A DNA stretch of 60,545 bases, counting the filler, from Sphacelaria rigidula (Eukaryota): NCBI GenBank assembly GCA_964200075.2. It is 8 parts of 8 records of this genome, joined end to end, with 100 filler letters (N's around TTAATTAATTAA, not from the genome) between each part and the next. Parts side by side here need not be neighbours in the genome. Positions count along the whole stretch, not along the records: positions 7,583 to 15,063 come from CAXNAA020014720.1; positions 15,164 to 22,644 come from CAXNAA020014721.1; positions 22,745 to 30,225 come from CAXNAA020014722.1; 5 more parts are not named here. One strand, given 5' to 3'. The position numbers and the translations under genes were made by a program. The notes under the pieces are model-generated. The model made no database searches and was not told the origin of the DNA. It worked only from the letters and a program-made list of their open reading frames with translations. Position 1 is the first letter of the stretch; every line of letters starts with the position of its first letter. Shown here one piece after another: positions 12,696 to 24,895 of this stretch.

Positions 12696-14355
12696 AACCG
12701 AGTACCATCAACTATTATAAAACGTAGCCCAACGCCGATAGATCCTACTGCACTCTCCTGCAGTAGCTTTTACCGTCGCCGGACTACGTTTCAAAATGGT
12801 TGATATTACTCGATATGAGTGTGGACGACGATGCCTAACTAGCCCCGTCTATACCACGGCTCCTCGTTTACCCTCCCGGACTTGGAGCGTGGGACATCGG
12901 GACCCACTTTCTTCGGCATGTAGCAGTACAACTCCACTTCTACCCCATCCATACCCTCTCCTCGACAGAGGGCTTGGCCTACACAAACCGCCGACTGTGC
13001 GCATTCCGTTGTCATGTAGCTTGTTGAATATAGATCGCTTTGCTTCGCATCACACTTCCAATTTTCTTATTCTTTCTTACATTGGGATGGAATGGAAAAG
13101 GGATAGAAGAGACAGACGCCTTCAGTGAAGAAAAGCAAGAACGGCATAAAAGCAGCAGAAGAAGGGACGGAAAGAAAGTAATGGCCATAGATTGACGATA
13201 ACAATTATTTCGCGCATCGCACCACGCAAATTCCAGACATTATCGTTCTAGTCCGAGTGGCGTCCTTCCACGTGCGCAAGGGTGCGCAGGAAGGCGGAGC
13301 TGAGACCGGAGTCGTCGCTCTGCAATTTCCCGCTAGGTTCTCACGATCTATCCCTGGCCACTACTTGTAGATCCGTCTTGACGTGCACGTACAACACGTG
13401 TCTCCCGGAATGCCAGTGGGCATCGAACGAGGCAAACGTGCTAGTGCCACCCCCAGTAGTGCAATCGTACTTGAGCAATTTCCCCTGCAAACGAAGCTGC
13501 GTGACGTTGTTGTCGCCCACCCATATGAGTTACACAACCGACATCAAGGAGTACTCTACGCCTCAAGAGAGAGTCTCGGACGCGTCGGGCGGAACGCCAA
13601 CGACTGCGTCGATGGCAGCAGCACTCGACGAAATAAATAGGCGGTCGGGGGCGTTGATAGCAGAGAAAGGCAGGCAATTTCAAAAACACGTGTCTGATGA
13701 GATGATCCCGCATGAAGGACAAACTCCCACCCCGGGGTAAGAAAAGTTAAGACAAGTACCTCCCAAAAATAAATCAGCCACGGCGGCCTGCAGAATTCTA
13801 CTATTTCCGTGAGGAACCATGGAGATAGCTGGGTCACGCAAAGCCGCAGATTGCTCGGGATTTATCGTCCGCAGGATGTGGTCGTCTACGGAGAAAGTAA
13901 CGTGGCGCCTCCACGAGATCCCTACAGATTCTCCCGTAAGCAAAACCAGTTGGAGGTTGGTGGCGCGTGTCTGGCCAGTTCTCTGGCACGTGAGGCTTGC
14001 GTCTTTGGCAAATGGCTTCGAACACGCTCGCCGTGTCGCCTATTTGATCACCGCTTCCGGGTAAACCGCCGTCTGACATGACGAAGTCGCGCGCTTTCGC
14101 CAGCTTCACCTGGTGAAGGTTAGTTGGCATTCGGGAGAGTTGGACGATGAAAGAGAGCTACCTAGCCGAATCAATCCCAGGGTGGTTGGATTCAGGAAGT
14201 GCGATTTAGTGAAAACCTACCCGGCCTGTCAGAAACGAAGGATTCGTCCGGTCGGTCAGAATAAAACCGCAGAATTGCAGAAGGCCATCTGCAGAAGACC
14301 TTCGGTGCACCTTTCCTAGCTCTGCTGCCTCTTTGGGGCGAAGCACCTTTGATCC

Positions 14356-14570
14356 GGCGTGTCTTGGCACTTTTCTTTTCGATCGAAAAATTGCGGTCGA
14401 TTTTTTCTTTGCCGATCTCATAGACCCACCGCATTCACGTTCCTTGAAGGCTTCAACTCAAAATTATAATCAGCGGCGCGGGGAGAAGAATGCAAGGAGA
14501 TATAAACAATCGTTTGAGATTGAGAACATGCAGTCGAAAGGCACGAAGCAGCAGTTGACCCCTATCTTAC
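14356..14570 (+). mobile_element. Partial copy of the GGGCGTGTC-terminated (Harbinger-like) MITE family
   Basis: Aligns with the 5' parts of 18717-19542 and 20949-21797. Confidence 0.75.
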
Positions 14571-14634
14571 AAATAGGCTTCTACTTGTCATGCTAAGAAT
14601 ATCTTTTTTTTATGCTAGTAATAGAGTTTCAGTT

Positions 14635-14811
14635 AACGCTTTTTTCTCATTTCAAAGTGCAAATATCTCAGGAGCAGAGTGCAGAATGATAAAAAGCAAC
14701 TCACCGAAGAGAAGTCAAGGGCATACCACATTTGACGGAGGGGGAAACAATTTTTCGGTACACTCTGATCCTGAGATATGTACACTCTGAAATGACAGAA
14801 AAGGGTTTTCC
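14635..14811. mobile_element. ~175-bp element with inverted arms; second copy in opposite orientation at 30632-30811
   Basis: Arms aacgcttttt…catttcaaa…tatctcagga(g/t)cagagtg at both ends; the internal ccacatttgacggaggggg is reverse-complementary to ccccctccgtcaaatgtgg in the other copy. Confidence 0.7.
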
Positions 14812-16162
14812 GAAAGTCTCTAGGATCACCAAAAATAGTGCTCGTGAAGTGGAATTTATGCTCGATTTATGCTTGCAACGTGGAATTTATGCTCGATAAT
14901 GCTCGTAATATCCAACAAGGATGGCATTCTCGACCGGATACAGACCCACCGATCACTCCATGGATGTGATATATATATATATATATACGAAGAGCCATGC
15001 TACGATAGGGGGGGGGGCGTACTCATTTGTTGAGTGCCTGATTCATTTGAAGAGTGAATAGCGNNNNNNNNNNNNNNNNNNNNNNNNNNNNNNNNNNNNN
15101 NNNNNNNTTAATTAATTAANNNNNNNNNNNNNNNNNNNNNNNNNNNNNNNNNNNNNNNNNNNNGTGGTGAAGTTACCGTTCAATTCCGTGTCCTGGTGAA
15201 GAAACAGGGAGAAACCGGTTTGTAGACACCATTTTTCGATTTTCCTCATTCCCGACCACCCCTGAGGGGCGGGGGGGGGGTATAAACCGTTTTCCAGTCT
15301 GTAAAGCCCCTTGCTGACAGAAAAGTTTCTCTGCGGGAAATTGCTGTTCGAGACATTTACAGACACACGGTGCGGGAACGATCGCGCGGCTCCTGATTAT
15401 TTCCAGAACAGAGATTCTCCGGCTCTGACATATTTCATTTATTCGGAGATCTACGCAAGAACACGATTTCTGCGGCGAATTGCCATTGCTGCAGGTTTTG
15501 ATAATGCCAACTTTGGATAACATATAATTGGAGGGTGTTATACCCCGTCATAGACGTAACGGACAGACGGGCTGGTGTAGATTACAATACGTTACCATGC
15601 GGTACCTCAGAAAAGAGACTTCTAGATACCCAATGGGATGGTCGGTGTTCCGCGTATCTACTCTTACGTCTATCAGTGGTGGCCCTCGTGTGTTGTGCGA
15701 CTGCAAGATGGCCGGGGAGCTCTGTCCTCCAGTGTACTGTGTGTTGTACAGACAGCACAGGACAGTCAGTGCGCCCGCAGTGTACATACACACGTACACA
15801 GACAACAGACAGTACTTTCAATAGCCAGTGAAACAAGCAATAGAGTGTAATGCCAGCGTTAGTCACAGCAGTGAATTGTCTTTCATCAGTAAAGTCACTA
15901 CATGGCCATGGCAGTAGACAGGAATTTTCCGGAATCTGGCTGGTGTAGTACTGCCCGTCTGCGTTGAACAGGATACTAGATAGTTCAAGAAGACCACAAC
16001 TGTACTACTTTTAGGCTGTTCCTTACTGTTGTCTGTAGTCTCACAGAGTAGCAGTAATGTTCCCCACGTTCACGATCGGTGCAAAACCAGGTTCATGCTA
16101 CGAGCATGTAGCAGAAGGGGTTAGCACTGTGCTGTAAAAAAGGGGACATTGAACATACACAC

Positions 16163-16294
16163 CTCAAGCATCTCCTGAATGATGTCTTCGGGCTTGTTAA
16201 CAAACTTCTTCGCCGCACGGGAAGTCATGGCCAACAGATAGACAGCCAACTCGCCCACGGAAATACACTGAACGCCGTTGACAACTCCGGCCCC
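16163..16294 (-). CDS. Internal exon of an unidentified gene (GAGVVNGVQCISVGELAVYLLAMTSRAAKKFVNKPEDIIQEMLE)
   Basis: ttctag acceptor, gtgtgt donor, 44 open codons, phase 0/0. Confidence 0.6.
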
Positions 16295-16664
16295 CTAGAA
16301 TATGACGAGAAACATGCGCGATACCATATCCCGTAACACAAAACGCCTTACCTATATTAAGCTTCTCGTAGAGAAGATGCTGACGGGCAGGTGCGCCCCA
16401 TAGTTTTCACAGCTACCCTCCCCGTGAAAGATACTGAAAGGTGTAATGTAGGACTAATAACATGGAGCACACCCTCCCGCCCTGCACTTCTTTCAATCCC
16501 CGACAAACGGAACACGGAACACCGGCCAAGGGCGAAAGAAGCGCGGCGGTGCCACAATCAAAAATAAGTAATGCGGAAGAGAGGCGATGCAACGCCACAA
16601 GAGGCAGCTTATTACTAGTGGAGAATGCTGGTCAACTACCACATGCATCCATTGATCGACTCAC

Positions 16665-16765
16665 GGAGCCTGGGGCGGTTGCCGTTGTTGACAGCAGGCG
16701 ATGCGATAGCTCTAGTATCGCTACAGCGCGGGCGAGCGGCAGTGACGATGGGAACAGCTGTATAC
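16665..16765 (-). CDS. Internal exon of the same unidentified gene (IQLFPSSLPLARAVAILELSHRLLSTTATAPGS)
   Basis: Pyrimidine-rich ctccgtcag acceptor and GTGAGT donor; phase 1/0, compatible with 16294-16163. Confidence 0.5.
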
Positions 16766-17140
16766 CTGACGGAGGGGGAGAAGAGCACGGGCACGATATC
16801 TGGGATCTTATCCGACGGGAGACGGGGAGACGCAGCGTGGCGTGGCCGGTTTTCTCTACCCATTTTCTGGTAAAAAAAAGTAGAAGTACAAGTATCCCTG
16901 TGTCGATATCTTGCTTGATCGTGAAGGTGTAAATAGGATCAGTGTCGGTAGCTTGTGATGTTGCTGATGCCGACGCTTGTCTGTGACACGCAGTCTCGGT
17001 TTGTGACCGTAGCTGTTGAATGCAGAAACCGCTTGCCGTCACGGTATAGCGTGGTGGGACGGAAACGTGAACAATACAGACAGTAAAACTGTCTGTAGCG
17101 CAGCAGAATCGGAACCTCTTCAATTTTTTGTACGTGGTAC

Positions 17141-17190
17141 CCCGTTCCATGATATCCGCATCCTCGTAACGGACTGAGCACTGCATGAGC
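17141..17190 (-). CDS. Possible small upstream exon of the same gene (LMQCSVRYEDADIMERG)
   Basis: ttacag acceptor and GTAC donor; phase compatible with the next exon. Confidence 0.3.
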
Positions 17191-17511
17191 CTGTAATACA
17201 ACTGTTGTAGGTGTATAACAACAAAACAGTATGCACGCAGATAGTAGAGCAAGCGGAGCACTGTTCCGCATATCGGAACCTGTAAATCACAGTCTGGCAC
17301 GTATGCCACCCTTGCCTTCGCTATCTCTCCGATCAGGTCACATATGCATGAGAAACACCCACCCCAATACCATGGAGGTCACGCCTGACTCGCCGAGCAA
17401 CTTGGAGGCAACTTTCCTATTATTTTCTGTGCGCAGTCTTTAGCCACCTCCCTGCCCGCAAGCTCTTGGGCTGTCAAGATAGCTGTACATTGCAGTATCT
17501 GTTTCGTGATC

Positions 17512-17537
17512 GTTGTTGTTGTTGTTGCTGCTGCTGC

Positions 17538-17595
<58 letters not shown>

Positions 17596-17596
17596 G
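17512..17596. repeat. (GTT/GCT)n trinucleotide microsatellite
   Basis: Directly visible in the sequence. Confidence 0.97.
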
Positions 17597-18199
17597 GTAA
17601 TGTTGTTGTGTCCTCAGCAAGGTAGAAACGGCGCAAGGGTGGACTGTAAAGTTAACAACCATCTCAGCCGGCAGCGATCGCGCATTTTCTGTACCTTATA
17701 TTCGTCCCCCAAGTTTGTATGCACGGCAGTAGTAGTACAGCAGTAGTACGAACGGTCGAGAAGAGTACGTGTTGAGGAAGTTGAAGATATGTGGGAAGCG
17801 TGCGTACAACTTTGCAACACGCTTGAGGTGTGCCAGCACTAGACACCCCGAAAAGTATCAAGACAGCGAGAGCTTGCTGTCATGAATCGGCATATCGTAG
17901 GTTGTATGCGCATACCGTATCTCAGCAGAATGATGTCTGCCAACGTGCACCTGCAAATCGTGGAAGCGTGTGCCTGAAGACGATAGCTCAGCGACGGCAC
18001 TTGACATGCACACACACTTGACTGGTGGGTCAAGGCCAGTCAGGGGCTTTTTACTTGCTCCTCCGTACCAATTTCCATATAATTAATGCTCAACGTCTGC
18101 TTGTTCATATCACCGTCGTATCTGCATTTGACAAATGATGCAGTTCCGAAGCCGAATTCCCAAGAGGCACCAAGCTGGGTCGGGGTAGCCGTAATAGTC

Positions 18200-18303
18200 A
18201 ACCCTTCGACCACCAGGGTGGATCATCTGGGCCTCGAGCTTTTTTTGGTAAACAAAAAATGATGCCGATTCAACAAATGATTCACCCTGTAGGTCAAGAC
18301 GGT
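18200..18303. mobile_element. ~100-bp piggyBac-like MITE (family of 54500-54684)
   Basis: aacccttcgacc…cagggtggatcat / atgattcaccctg…ggtcaagacggt imperfect TIRs and the internal tgatgccgattcaa motif shared with the family. Confidence 0.5.
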
Positions 18304-18716
18304 CCAAGAGTTCACGCCGCTGTGCAAATGCGCGGATCAGGGTATGTCTTACACGGTGTCTTGTCGGAAGTGACGATCACTTAAAATAAAATCACCCTCG
18401 GATAAGTTATTGCCCCCACAACGACCAGTGCTGAGTCTTACCGACAAGCAGCAGTTTTGTCTTGCTAGGTCGAAGCCCAGATCTGCTCAGATAAAAAACT
18501 GTGGCGGTTCTGGAAGTGACCGTTAGTGCAATATCTCTGTACTGCTGCGGACAAGACCCAACGAGATAACACAGCGCCGACACACCGAGCCACAAAAATC
18601 CACGCATAGACATCCACCACTCACGCACATTAGTTCAAGCGCTAGCTTTTAATCACCTACACACGGCAGTCTTTGTTTGACGGAAATCCGCCCAGTATCG
18701 GATGCGACCGCTTCTT

Positions 18717-19542
18717 GGGCGTGTCCCAGCCCGTTTTTTTTAAATCGAAAAAGTGCGATCGATTTTTGTTACACCGATCTGATAGGTCAACCGCATTTAT
18801 GTTCCCAGAAGGCTTCAACTCAATATTATAATTAGCGGCGCGCGGAGAAGAATGCATCGAGGTAAAGAACAATCGTTTTCGATCGAAAACATGCCGTCGA
18901 AAGGCACGAAGCGGCACTTGACTCCTATCTCACAGATCACCACGCCGGATAACACTCGTTCACAGAACCGTGCAAACCCCATCCAACTCATTCCCAGCTA
19001 TCACCGCAACCCTGCAGCATAGAGCACGAGTTGAGCCCAGGGATAAATACACTGCAGTAGTTGGGTGGGTGTGCTTTGTTTATTTTTTTTGGCGAAAACT
19101 TGCGCATCTTCCTTCATGGCAGGATCAGCGACGGAACTGCGTGGTAGGGTGGGCAACCGAGTTGCGTGCATGCTCATGGACAGTGCAGCACAAAGCTGCA
19201 CGTTGCTGAAGTCCTCTTCACGTCGCATCGTAAGCAGAGAGAACTGATAGTCCTGGGCTGTCTGCACTGCACGTTGCCCGCTTCTCTTTTATATCCTCCT
19301 GAACGAAACACGCACATACGCACCCAAGACACTGCTTGCAAGCAATGCAGACATTACACACTGTCTGTGCTGCAGACGAGTGACCATGTGCCGTTTCACG
19401 AATTTCACTGTCTTTTTCTTCGATTGAAAGCTTGAAAATCCATCTGGACCCAACTGCATCAAAACGAGAGAATTTCTCTCAGATCGATTCCACCGCCCCT
19501 TTTTTCGATCGAAAAAAAGTGCTGAGACACGCCGACACGCCC
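18717..19542 (+). mobile_element. ~820-bp non-autonomous TIR element (PIF/Harbinger-like termini GGGCGTGTC…GACACGCC)
   Basis: Terminal inverted repeats including cgatcgaaaaa motifs; near-full second copy at 20949-21797. Confidence 0.75.
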
Positions 19543-19545
19543 TCA

Positions 19546-19999
19546 TAGTCTGAAAACGGATTATCTGAGAAATGTCCTTCTTGAGCCTTTCATCGCGAAT
19601 TTTTGGCGGAATACAGGCCTTGGCGGATTTGACCTCCTCGGAAAGATTTTCCATCTTTTTCATGAGGATTCCAGCGCACTTTTTCGATTTTTCGTACACC
19701 CAGCTTTGCTGTTGGGCGGATTCTGGATTTTTTCAGTCGCCGCGAAATTCATCCAGTTGCCGGAAAAAAAAACGTACTTTCCCCCCACAACTCGAAGGTT
19801 TTAAACGACTGAAAAAATCCAGAATCCGGCCAAGAGCAAAACTGGACGTACGAAAAATCGGAAAAGTGTTCTAGAATCCTCGTGAAAAACATAGCAAATC
19901 CTTCCGAGGAGGCCAAATCCACCAAGGCCTGTATTCCGCCGAAAAATCGCGATGAATGGCTAAAAAAGGGCAGTCATCAGAGAGCCCGTTTTCAGACTA
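19546..19999. mobile_element. Foldback element (~450 bp, ~195-bp arms)
   Basis: tagtctgaaaacgg … ccgttttcagacta; arms complementary throughout (ggcggaatacaggccttgg / ccaaggcctgtattccgcc). Confidence 0.85.
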
Positions 20000-20453
20000 C
20001 AAGAAGCGGCCTTATGAGAGGCGGCCGCGTGCGTTTCAAATCGCAACAGAAAAAGTGAAGTTGCTGACTGTTGGTGAGCGTGTGCTGTGCGCCCGTATCA
20101 CGCAAACCATCATTTCTTACTGGATTCTGAACCGATTTGAGCAAGGTCACGCACAGTATATATGCTCAGCTGATGGGCAGCAATGAATGAAGCGGTGTGT
20201 TTTGGTTTGCGAGGGCAATGCGATCCTCAGAGTCACGTTTGATTTTGTTGACTTGTCTGTCACGCCTTTGATTGTGCCCCTGTCAACGGTACGTTTCATG
20301 TTCCCGTTCGAGGTGTCACAAAAGTGATTTTTTGGCACTTTTTTTTTGGGGGGGGGGGGGGGGTGGTGTCGCAGCAACCAATCGTCGGTCGTTTTTGTCA
20401 AAAGTGATTTTTTTAAAAGTGATCATCACTTCCGAGAAGACCCCTCCTTGTTA

Positions 20454-20898
20454 GGCCGGATGTTATGACAAACAGATTTTTGGCCCACACATTGTTCACT
20501 TTTGGGACGTTTGACGCACTGTTTGACCCCTAAATCAAGAAAACCGCCAACACACGTCTCGGACACTTTACATCACCCCGCAGCTAGGAGCCTCGTCTGC
20601 TTTTCAGATTCGCTTAGCTCCGAGGTTCGAGATTGGCCGCTGAACAAAAATCCGTGCGCAAACTTGCGGGGGTCTGCAAGCACAGATTTTTGCGCACATA
20701 TTTTTGTTCAGCGGCCAATGTCGAAACCTCGGAGCCAAGCGAATCTGAAAAGCAGACGAGGCTCCTCTCTACGGGGTGATGTAAAGTGTCCGAGACGTGT
20801 GTTGGCGGTTTTCTTAGTTTGGGGGTCAAGCGGTGGATCAAACGTCCCAAAAGTGAATAATCCGTGGGCCAGAAATCTATTCGCCATAACATCCAGCC
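20454..20898. mobile_element. Foldback MITE with TTA target-site duplication (PIF/Harbinger, Tourist-like)
   Basis: TTA|ggccggatgttatg … cataacatccagcc|TTA, with ~205-bp complementary arms. Confidence 0.9.
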
Positions 20899-20948
20899 TT
20901 AGAGGTATCTCAAACTCGAGGTCCCCGGTATTTTTGACTGCTCTATTA

Positions 20949-21797
20949 GGGCGTGTCTTCGCACTTTTTTTTTTCCGATCAAAAAAGTGCGGTCGATTTC
21001 TTTTTCGCCGATCTGATAGGTCCACCGCATTTATGTTCCCAGAAGGCTTTACGGTACCTCAAATATATAATCAGTGGTGCGCGGAGAAAAACTACAAAAC
21101 AATTAAGCTAAAAGCTAAGCCTTTTCGATCGAAAACATGCGATCGAAAGACATGAAGCGGCACTTGACTCCTACACTATTTTATCTTGCGGACTACCACG
21201 CCAGATAACACCCGTTCACAGAACCATGGAAACTACATCCAACTCATTCTCAGCTACCACCACCGCAATCCTGCAGCATAGAGCACGAGTTGAGCACAGG
21301 GATATATACACTGCAGTAGTTCGGTATATATATATATATATATATATATTTGGCGAAAACTTGCGCATCTTCTTTCATGGCAGGATCAGCGACGGAACTG
21401 CGTGGTACAGTGGGCAAGCGAGTTGCGTAAATGCTCGTGGACAGTGCAGGCCGTTCAAAGCTGCACGTCGTTCAAGTCATCTTCACGTCGCATTGTAAGC
21501 AGAGAGAACTGATGGTCCTGGACTGTCTGCACTGCACTTTGCCCGCTTCTCTTCAAAATCCTACTGTACGAAACACGCACACACGCACTCAAGACACACT
21601 GCCTGTGACCAGTGAAGACAGTATAGACTGTCTGTGCTGTACTCGGGTGACCATGTACCGTTTCACGAATTTCACTTTTTTTTTTTCTCCATCGAAAGCT
21701 TGACACTTCGCTTGGACCCAACTCGAGAAAAATGAGCGACTGTTGCTCATCAATTCCACCGCCCCAATTTTTCGGTCGAAAAAAAAGTGCCAAGACC
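20949..21797 (+). mobile_element. Second copy of the GGGCGTGTC TIR element
   Basis: Preceded by TTA and colinear with 18717-19542 over its whole length. Confidence 0.75.
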
Positions 21798-21808
21798 GAC
21801 TCCAATTC

Positions 21809-22234
21809 GAGCCGTTCAAAATTCCTGCTTTTAAACTGCCCTTTTGGCCCATCACCGTCGTTTTTCGCGTGAAACGAGGTCTAGGTGGGTATTGACGCCT
21901 TCGAATGACTTGCTCTACTCATTGAGACCGTTCCAGGGCAACTTTGCATTTCCCGTTGGCTCCACTTTTATTTTTGGCCAAACACGGGTTTTCAAGGAAA
22001 AGCGGTCACGCGAATTTTGATTGCATGACCGTTTTTTACCGATAATCCGTGTTTAACCTGGTTTGGCCAAAAACAAAACTACGGCCAGCGGGAAAAGCAA
22101 AGTTGCCCTGGAACGGTCGCAATGAGTAGAGGAAGCCATCCCAAGGCGTCAACATCCGCCTAACCCTCTTCTCGGGCGTAAGTCGACGAAGAAGGGCCTA
22201 AAAGGCAATTTTCAACAGGACTTTTGAACGGCTC
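21809..22234. mobile_element. Foldback element (~425 bp)
   Basis: gagccgttcaaaa … ttttgaacggctc; internal arms gaccgttccagggcaactttgc / gcaaagttgccctggaacggtc. Confidence 0.85.
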
Positions 22235-22765
22235 CCATAAGAGTTGGCCTGAGACGCGTCCTTTGCATTTATTTTCGACAAGAAAACATGAGGTCGAATC
22301 GAGTTGGTCGTAATTAGCTCGTATCTCATACGTCCACGGCATTTATGTTCTCAGATGGCTTCGAGTCCGTTTTATGAATCTTTGCGCGCGACGGGCAGGG
22401 TGAAAAGCCGAAAAGCTTCGTAAAGCCCTTAGGCCGTTTCTTCCGGTTGGTTATTTTCCCTGGTATTTCGCAACATATTACAGTATGAGGAAAAAATACC
22501 GCTGAGAAAATACTATGTATGAGAGATGTTGACCCTAGCTTACGGTTGCAGATATATTTTTGAGGGGGGTGGGTACCAAAAGGGTGGGGGGATACCAAAA
22601 GAAAACGGTCAGCGGAAACCGAAGGGATGTGCAGGCCAAGGCGANNNNNNNNNNNNNNNNNNNNNNNNNNNNNNNNNNNNNNNNNNNNTTAATTAATTAA
22701 NNNNNNNNNNNNNNNNNNNNNNNNNNNNNNNNNNNNNNNNNNNNGATCGTGTGAGGTCGACTGGA

Positions 22766-23770
22766 ATGAATACGCCGGCGGTGGGGGAGGGGCTGAAGCG
22801 TTGGTTGGCAATTGGGTGGGCAAGGGTATCCTTGGCGCATGAGGCCTTGGTGCAGTTCTTGTGACTTTTTGTGGGTGCACTTCAATTGTGGAACGGGTGC
22901 CTCAATATCCTCGACGCGTAAAGGTGCAAGGAAATGCCATACGTTTGCTTCTCTGGCGTTGGAGGTGAGGATGTGGGGGGCTGAGATATATTATGGGTGG
23001 CCTGTAGGTAACTGTGAGGGGAGGACCGAAGAAAAAAGTACGGGAAGGGTGTTGCGAGGGGGATCGATCGATTTGGAGGGACTGGGCCTCCTACACGTAT
23101 GAGATGAATAGCGGGGGGATGGGGGGGTGAAAAGTCGGATGGCGATTAGCTGAGCAAGGGTCTTCTTCATGTGTGAGGCCTCGGTGCCGTTCTAGCGACT
23201 TCTTACGGGTGTACTTCAATCGTGGAACGTGTACCTCCATATTCTCGATGCGTAAAGATGTAAGGAAATACCATACGCGTTCTTCCCTGTCATTGGAAGG
23301 GAGGATGTGGGGGCTAGGATACCTTCTGATGGATCTGTAGCCAACTGTGAGGGGAGGATCGACGAGACAAGTGCGGGGAGGGTGTTGCGGGGACGACCGA
23401 CCGATTTGGGGGGACTGGGCCTCCAACATGTATGAGATGAATACGTGGGGGGAGGGTAGTGGGTGAAAGATTGGATGGCAATTGGCTTAGCAAAGGTCTC
23501 CTTCACGTATGAGGCCTTGAAGCCGTTCTAGGGGCTTCTTGTGGCTGTACTTCGATTGTGGAACGTGTACCTTCATATTCTCGATGCGTAAAGATGTAAG
23601 GAAATACCGTATGTTTTATTCTCTGACATTGAAGGGGAGGATGTGGGGGTTGAGATGCATTGTGATCGGCCTGTAGCTAACTGTGAGGGGAGGGTCGATG
23701 AGAGAAGTGCGGGAAGGGTGATGCGGGGACGACCGATCGATTTGGAGGGACTGGGCCTCCTATACGTGAG
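22766..23770 (+). repeat. Tandem satellite, ~333-336-bp unit x3
   Basis: ggactgggcctcc anchors at 23079, 23412 and 23748; the array runs to the contig start. Confidence 0.9.
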
Positions 23771-24720
23771 GTCATGTGGATAATACACGAATACTTGGGG
23801 CTTCTTCTGTATTCCTAGCCTTGTCGGACCGCCCTCCCTCGAGCATGGTTATCGCACCCAGGGGCTTCTTCGTTAATCGGCGTCACCTCCACACTTCCCC
23901 ACTACAAAATGATGCTGCTTCATGAATTGTCTCTCCAATAGCCCCAGCGGCTCCAGCCACCCTTACGTCGAACGTACACCACTGTAGTGGCATCAACCGT
24001 TATCTGTCGTTGGATGGATGTAAACACCATGACTTCTGGTGTATCGCGCGGCCCGCGTCCGAACAGGTTGACATTAGTGCGGTATGAGGACCAAAGCACG
24101 TGCGATTCCGTCTCTACATTGCGTAAGAGGCACTCACCCTTGACTGAGTCTCGTAGATGTGGGTGTTTCGCCCTTTCGCCCTGGCCTGTTTGTGTGTCAG
24201 GAAGTCGTACACATACGCCGGCAATGACGCTCCTGATCCTGACAAAGACATCCTGAGCGTTTTCAATCTCTCTATCGCATCTGCTTTCGAATAACGGTAA
24301 CATCGCGTGCAGGGTTGTTCGTCCGTTGACGGGGCTGTGTCGGTGTCGGATCTTTTATGCGCGGGAAAATGACTGTTCTCTCCGTCGATAACATCTTTCA
24401 ACGGTTCTCCACCATGTCCAGGAAGAGAACAATATCAGACAGATTGCTTTTCTCATACACTGTTGGGTTCAGATACTCGTACGAGAACCCTCGAGCGAGG
24501 AAGATACAGCAAGGTGTCATTCCCTTGGACCATTGTGTGTAGACAGAGTACAAAAGGACGTCCAAGTGCCGATGTAGGACGAAAAAACGTTCGGACGAGC
24601 TGATTTCCCCCCCCCTCACCTGCCCCAAAATAACGTTTTTATCGCAAGTTTCCCGGTTCTGAAATGAAAACAAATTGCATACACATTGTTTTCTTCGAGC
24701 CTAAGGCGCAAGGTACTTAC

Positions 24721-24895
24721 CGGCACCCTCAAAAAGAGGGGTCTCGCCATGCCTCCCCGCCCGACTCTTGGCAAAACCGAATGCATCCGCAAAGACAGAT
24801 GTCATCATGGCAGCTCGGTTTTGACCTTGAGGAGTGATTAAAACAGGCAGCTGCCTCACGTAGGCCTCGTTCGGTATTCCTCCACTCTCCAACAC
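24721..24895 (-). CDS. Orphan exon candidate (VLESGGIPNEAYVRQLPVL…ETPLFEGA)
   Basis: ttgaag acceptor, perfect GTAAGT donor and an open frame. Family not recognised. Confidence 0.3.

Noticed and set aside
3866..16294. In-frame join of exon 16294-16163 (…QEMLE) to terminal exon 4189-3866 (VKADA…) as one gene
   Set aside because: The phases fit, but the exons lie in different, artificially concatenated contigs.
17474..17746. PolyQ/polyT/polyL ORFs
   Set aside because: They are translations of the (GTT/GCT)n microsatellite, which is most likely intronic.
23940..24010. DIRS-type RNase H motif (VDATTVVYVRRKGG, minus strand)
   Set aside because: An isolated short resemblance with no RT, other RNase H or tyrosine-recombinase motifs nearby.
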